In this document: positions 59,734 through 64,000 of the stretch, piece by piece
Position numbering within the stretch: position 1 is the first letter of the stretch
Layout: each line of letters starts with the position of its first letter
NCBI GenBank assembly: GCA_966211525.1
Contig: CBIHOZ010000009.1
Location: 3,901-67,900, forward strand
DNA from: an uncultured Chitinophaga sp.
GTDB taxonomy: Bacteria; Bacteroidota; Bacteroidia; Cytophagales; Cyclobacteriaceae
Direction of reading: 5' to 3'
DNA: 64,000 bases
Program-made: the position numbers and the translations under genes
Notes under the pieces: model-generated
The model's input: only the letters and a program-made list of their open reading frames with translations
What the model was told of the DNA's origin: nothing
Databases searched by the model: none

Positions 59734-60843
59734 ATGAACTTCCTGAAAAACATCCTCAATAAAAAAGAGGAGCCTATCCAATCTTACCAAGACTTCTGGA
59801 ATTGGTTTCTGAAAAACGAAAGAGATCTGTATAAAGTCATGAAAGAAAATCGAAATGTTAAAGAGAAGTTTTTCAATGTAATTTCTCCAAAACTAGACGA
59901 GCTTCGTGATGGTTATCATTTTACTACAGGAATGTCTGACGATGATATAGTGACGCTAACAATTACTGCCGATGGCGTAATCGAAAATATAGTATTTGTA
60001 GAAGAACTGGTGCAGGCCGCTCCAACGATAAAGGGATGGACAATAGTAGCGCTCAAGCGACCAGTAGACGAGGAAGGAATGGATATTGAAGAGGTGGCGA
60101 TCGACATGGGTGGCTATACGTTCGAGGCTTCCAATTTATCCTTTTACGCAATGGAAGACGCTAATCCTGACGAAATAGATATTACGGTTGTATACGGTGA
60201 TGACTTCGATGAGAAACGCGCATCAACCATCTCCAGCGGCACCTCTATTTTCTTAGAACATTATCTCGGTGAATTAAGATTTGCAACGGCCTTCGACAAT
60301 ATAACTGTAGTGGGTAAAAGTGAAGCCGAGAAGGAACCGGTTCCTATATTGAAGCTCCGTGACTTTTTGATCTGGCGTGAAAAAGAATTCATAGAGAAAT
60401 ATGAAGGATTACGACATAATACCGAGAACGATACTTACTCTGGTTTTACAGCAGAAACAAAAGAGGGTAAACCTGTTATAGCAGTTATCAATACCGATCT
60501 GCTCGCGTGGGACAGCAAAGCTTCTCATCCCTGGATTGCCATTATTGAGATTAACTACAACGGTGTCGAAGACAGTGGACTGCCTGATGAAGAAACACTC
60601 CATTTGTTAGACGATATTGAAAACAAAATAACTGAACAGCTGCAGGATTTTGAAGGTTACCTCAATGTTGGACGTGAGACTTCAAACGACATACGCGCTA
60701 TATTTTTTGCATGCAAAGACTTCAGAAAGCCATCCAAAGTCTTTGACGAAATCCAACATACATTCGCAGACTCATTTGAAATAAGCTTCGGTATTTTTAA
60801 AGACAAATACTGGAAATCTTTCAGTCGATTTGAGGCCGCTTAA
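59734..60843 (+). CDS. DUF695-like protein
   Basis: FWNWF, LTITADG, C-terminal YNG..SGLPDEE..LLDDIE...GRET; start placed at ATG 59734. Confidence 0.7.
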   Translation: MNFLKNILNKKEEPIQSYQDFWNWFLKNERDLYKVMKENRNVKEKFFNVISPKLDELRDGYHFTTGMSDDDIVTLTITADGVIENIVFVEELVQAAPTIKGWTIVALKRPVDEEGMDIEEVAIDMGGYTFEASNLSFYAMEDANPDEIDITVVYGDDFDEKRASTISSGTSIFLEHYLGELRFATAFDNITVVGKSEAEKEPVPILKLRDFLIWREKEFIEKYEGLRHNTENDTYSGFTAETKEGKPVIAVINTDLLAWDSKASHPWIAIIEINYNGVEDSGLPDEETLHLLDDIENKITEQLQDFEGYLNVGRETSNDIRAIFFACKDFRKPSKVFDEIQHTFADSFEISFGIFKDKYWKSFSRFEAA

Positions 60844-61140
60844 AATCTGAGTAGGTATCAACAAATGGTGATCAGCATAAACTCTGGTCACCGTTCCTGC
60901 TACAGCCTAGGGGTAGCGTTGTATCCCGATCCATACAGCATAGCTATCTCCCGTCATCATAGACATTGTCTCAAGTTTAATAGATATGTCCTATTGAAAC
61001 ATCGACCTGTAGAACGAAGAACATCGTCTGTTACTTTTCCAAAAATCACTTCGATAACAGGAACGATTTTATTTTTTATTCCAGCGGTATGCGTATTTAC
61101 TACTCAAAGCTATATTTTAGTGGTTACCCAAACCGCTGGC

Positions 61141-61872
61141 ATGAAACACTCCCCTTTCCTACCGATTGTCTTGCTCTGGCTTCTTGCGCAGGCAACCGTT
61201 GCACAGTCTTTTAAAAATGACACAACCTTTGTTGCTGCAGCCGTTGGCAGCGCGGTTAAAAATTATAACAATGCCATTCAAGGTCAGGCGCAGTTGTATA
61301 ATGGAAGTGATTACGCATTATACCTCTCGCTGAAAGAGGAACATCCGTACTTCGGAACAGACGACTGGGTGTTCGGTTCCGTATACTATGACGGCTACCT
61401 GTACGAAAATGTACCACTGTTGTACGACCTCTCTTCCGATCAACTGCTTACGGAAACCTACTACAGCAGCAGCGTTATGAAACTTACCAAAGACAAAGTC
61501 CGCTCTTTCACATTGCCGGACCAGCGTGTCTTCGTAAACCGGCCGGATACGAGCCTGTCGCCCGGGTATTACGAAGTACTTTACAACGGTAAGACTAGAG
61601 CATACGCGCGTCACATCAAGATCCTGCAGGAGACACTCACCTCGCAGGAGATCATTCACGAGTTTGATGAGAAAACACGATACTATATCTGCATGAACAA
61701 CCAGTGTCACGCTATAAAAAGTAAAGGTGCTCTGCTGAAACTATTTGGAGACAAGAAACGCGAAGCCGTTCAATATGTAAAACAAGGCAAGAAACTTCCG
61801 TACCGAAAAAACCGCCGGCAGTATATTACCCGCTTAGCTGAATTCCACGACCGTAGCCAAACAAACCCATGA
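61141..61872 (+). CDS. Secreted hypothetical protein upstream of a TonB-dependent receptor
   Basis: Signal peptide from ATG 61141; LYNGSDY, EHPYF, YDGYLYENVPLLYD. The ORF-track extension to 60865 looks non-coding. Confidence 0.75.
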   Translation: MKHSPFLPIVLLWLLAQATVAQSFKNDTTFVAAAVGSAVKNYNNAIQGQAQLYNGSDYALYLSLKEEHPYFGTDDWVFGSVYYDGYLYENVPLLYDLSSDQLLTETYYSSSVMKLTKDKVRSFTLPDQRVFVNRPDTSLSPGYYEVLYNGKTRAYARHIKILQETLTSQEIIHEFDEKTRYYICMNNQCHAIKSKGALLKLFGDKKREAVQYVKQGKKLPYRKNRRQYITRLAEFHDRSQTNP

Positions 61873-64000
61873 TTAAAAAACTACCCTATCTGTTACTTCT
61901 TCTCCTGGTGATGGCTACTACGGGATATAGCCAGCGTGCAACCCGTATCACCGCTCAGTTTTCAGGGGCAACGTTTGATCAGGTCGTAAGCAAAATCGAA
62001 GAACAAACCGATTATCGTTTATCGTACAATGCTTCATGGACCGATAGCCTTACCGTTAACCTCAACGCTTCCAATGAAGAGGTAACATCTGTACTGGATA
62101 AAATTCTGACCCAAACCGAACTCCATTACAATATATACCAGAACCAGATTTACATTACGCGTGAAAGACAGATCCTGACGGAACTTCCACTCGAGTTTTT
62201 TGGTCCTGAAGAAAACAAAACCAAAGCCGCACCTTCCTTTGACTATACCGATTTTGAACAACGCGAGAAAAAGAAAAAACTGGCCGAAGAAAAATTATAT
62301 ACTATTGGCCCGCGTACCGATAACCTGCAAGGCAAAGCTACAATAGCAGGTACTGTTCGGGATTCAAAATCAGGAGAGCCGGTAATCGGAGCTTCGGTTT
62401 ACGTGGAGAACCCGATGATCGGAGCTTCTACCGATCAGTTCGGCCACTACTCACTCACGCTTCCAAAAGGACAACATATACTGAAAGTAAAAAGCATCGG
62501 CATGAAGAATACCCATCGCCAGGTAATGCTCAATGCGAATGGAAGACTTGACATAGAGATTGAAGAAGATATAACACCGCTGAAAGAAGTAGTAGTTGAG
62601 TCTGATCGCGATGCGCGTGTAACCGGCATGCAGATGGGCATGGAAAAACTCGACATCAAGACCATGAAGCAAATGCCGCTCGCACTAGGCGAAACCGACA
62701 TCATGAAAGTTGTGCTGACATTACCCGGTGTACAAACCGTTGGTGAAGGTACCGTTGGTTTGAATGTACGCGGTGGCGCTACCAATCAGAATCTGATCCT
62801 CTACAACGATGCTACGGTATATAATCCATCGCACTTGTTTGGTTTCTTCTCTACGTTTAACCCGGATGTACTTAAAAATGTAGAGCTATATAAAAGCGGT
62901 ATAAATGCAGAGTATGGCGGGCGACTTTCTTCCGTGCTCGATGTACACACACGCGAAGGAAACCTGAAGAAACTTTCAGGTTCTGGTGGTATAAGTCCTA
63001 TCACCGGCAGATTTAGTCTCGAAGGTCCTATCATTAAAGACAAGACTTCATTCCTGCTGGGCGTACGCTCAACGTATTCCGACTGGATACTGGATAGGGT
63101 GAAGACGGATGAACTGAAGAGCAGCGATGCATCGTTCTATGATTTGAATGCGAGCATCAGTCACAAAATCGATGATGATAACAATATATACCTGTCGGGG
63201 TATATGAGTAAGGATAAATTCAAACTCAATTCTGATACAGCATATAAGTATAGCGACCGTAATGCCTCACTGAAATGGAAGCACGTTTTCAATTCCAAGC
63301 TATACGGTGTACTTACCGGTACCTATAGCCGCTATGAATATGCGGTTACCAGCAACTCCAGTCCTATCAACGCTTTTGAAATGGACTTTGCCATCAAGCA
63401 ATGGAACGCGAAGGCAGATATAAATTATTTCCCAAATGCAAAACATACCATTACAGCAGGTGCCAGTGTGACACGCTACGATTTGTCGCCCGGCAATTAT
63501 CAACCGTATGGTGCGGAGTCTATGGTAATTCCGGATGTACTGCAGGACGAACAAGGATTGGAGAGCGCTGTATATGTAGGTGAAAATTTTGACATAACAC
63601 CTACGTTTTCTGTTTATGCGGGCTTGCGCTATTCATACTATCAGAACTATGGTCCGCGGGAAGTATACCGCTATGCTCCGGGTGTGCCGCGCCAGGAATC
63701 TTCGATACAGGATACCGTGCAGTATGGTTCTGGTCCTATAGCAACCTATCATGGTGCAGAACCGCGGGTTTCAGTACGTTATCTCTTATCGGAGAGTGCC
63801 TCGCTGAAGTTCAGCTATAACCGTATGCGACAGTATATACAAATGCTGTCCAATACAACGGTGATTGCACCTACCGATATATGGAAGCTCAGCGATAGCT
63901 ACATCCGTCCGCAGGTAGGCGATCAGCTCTCCGTAGGTTTCTACAAAAATCTACGAGGTAACATGATCGAAGTATCACTGGAAGGATACTACAAGAAAAT
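61869..64000 (+). CDS. TonB-dependent receptor with N-terminal STN-like and carboxypeptidase-like domains, 3' end outside window
   Basis: Hand translation MIKKLPYLLL...; GETDIMKVVLTLPGV, NVRGGATNQNLILYND, YGGRLSSVLD plug motifs; frame open to the window end. Confidence 0.92.
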   Translation, partial: MIKKLPYLLLLLLVMATTGYSQRATRITAQFSGATFDQVVSKIEEQTDYRLSYNASWTDSLTVNLNASNEEVTSVLDKILTQTELHYNIYQNQIYITRERQILTELPLEFFGPEENKTKAAPSFDYTDFEQREKKKKLAEEKLYTIGPRTDNLQGKATIAGTVRDSKSGEPVIGASVYVENPMIGASTDQFGHYSLTLPKGQHILKVKSIGMKNTHRQVMLNANGRLDIEIEEDITPLKEVVVESDRDARVTGMQMGMEKLDIKTMKQMPLALGETDIMKVVLTLPGVQTVGEGTVGLNVRGGATNQNLILYNDATVYNPSHLFGFFSTFNPDVLKNVELYKSGINAEYGGRLSSVLDVHTREGNLKKLSGSGGISPITGRFSLEGPIIKDKTSFLLGVRSTYSDWILDRVKTDELKSSDASFYDLNASISHKIDDDNNIYLSGYMSKDKFKLNSDTAYKYSDRNASLKWKHVFNSKLYGVLTGTYSRYEYAVTSNSSPINAFEMDFAIKQWNAKADINYFPNAKHTITAGASVTRYDLSPGNYQPYGAESMVIPDVLQDEQGLESAVYVGENFDITPTFSVYAGLRYSYYQNYGPREVYRYAPGVPRQESSIQDTVQYGSGPIATYHGAEPRVSVRYLLSESASLKFSYNRMRQYIQMLSNTTVIAPTDIWKLSDSYIRPQVGDQLSVGFYKNLRGNMIEVSLEGYYKK

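Noticed and set aside
44327-60900. Integrase, recombinase, transposase or reverse transcriptase inside the island
   Set aside because: No ORF shows such motifs, and the remaining gaps are too short (under about 350 nt) to hide one.

Overview
The window is from a Bacteroidota chromosome, most likely Cytophagales (inferred from TAnnTTTG promoters, a SusC/SusD pair, CxxCH cytochromes and gene style). Bases 1-44.3 kb are ordinary core genome: relA/spoT (partial), tRNA-Leu, tig-clpP-clpX, lpxB, queD, a susC/susD locus, an OmpA/PorE-like protein, lepA-folD-queE-pabB-pabC, thiL, peptidases, a GH29 fucosidase, rpsT, radC, and pheT-zapB-like-zapA-rny. Directly after the rny terminator an AT-richer accessory region begins (about 44.4-60.9 kb). 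It holds orphan antitoxin-like genes, an XRE regulator, a HEPN (RxxxxxH) protein and about 22 short, nearly all co-oriented ORFs. In 47.0-54.6 kb these ORFs are separated by co-oriented intergenic repeats: a ~107-bp element (4 full copies, 1 hybrid, 1 truncated) built from two bulged-T hairpins, one per strand; a related hairpin found just after stop codons; and a 42-bp repeat. No integrase, recombinase or transposase is encoded in the window, and the repeats are not canonical attC or CRISPR. The best candidate for a novel system is therefore an integron/rAID-like gene-cassette array using REP/IS200-type hairpin sites, with cargo that includes a candidate lipoprotein glycine-zipper toxin plus immunity pair. 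All family calls come from motif recognition by eye; no database searches were run. The window ends inside a TonB-dependent receptor gene.
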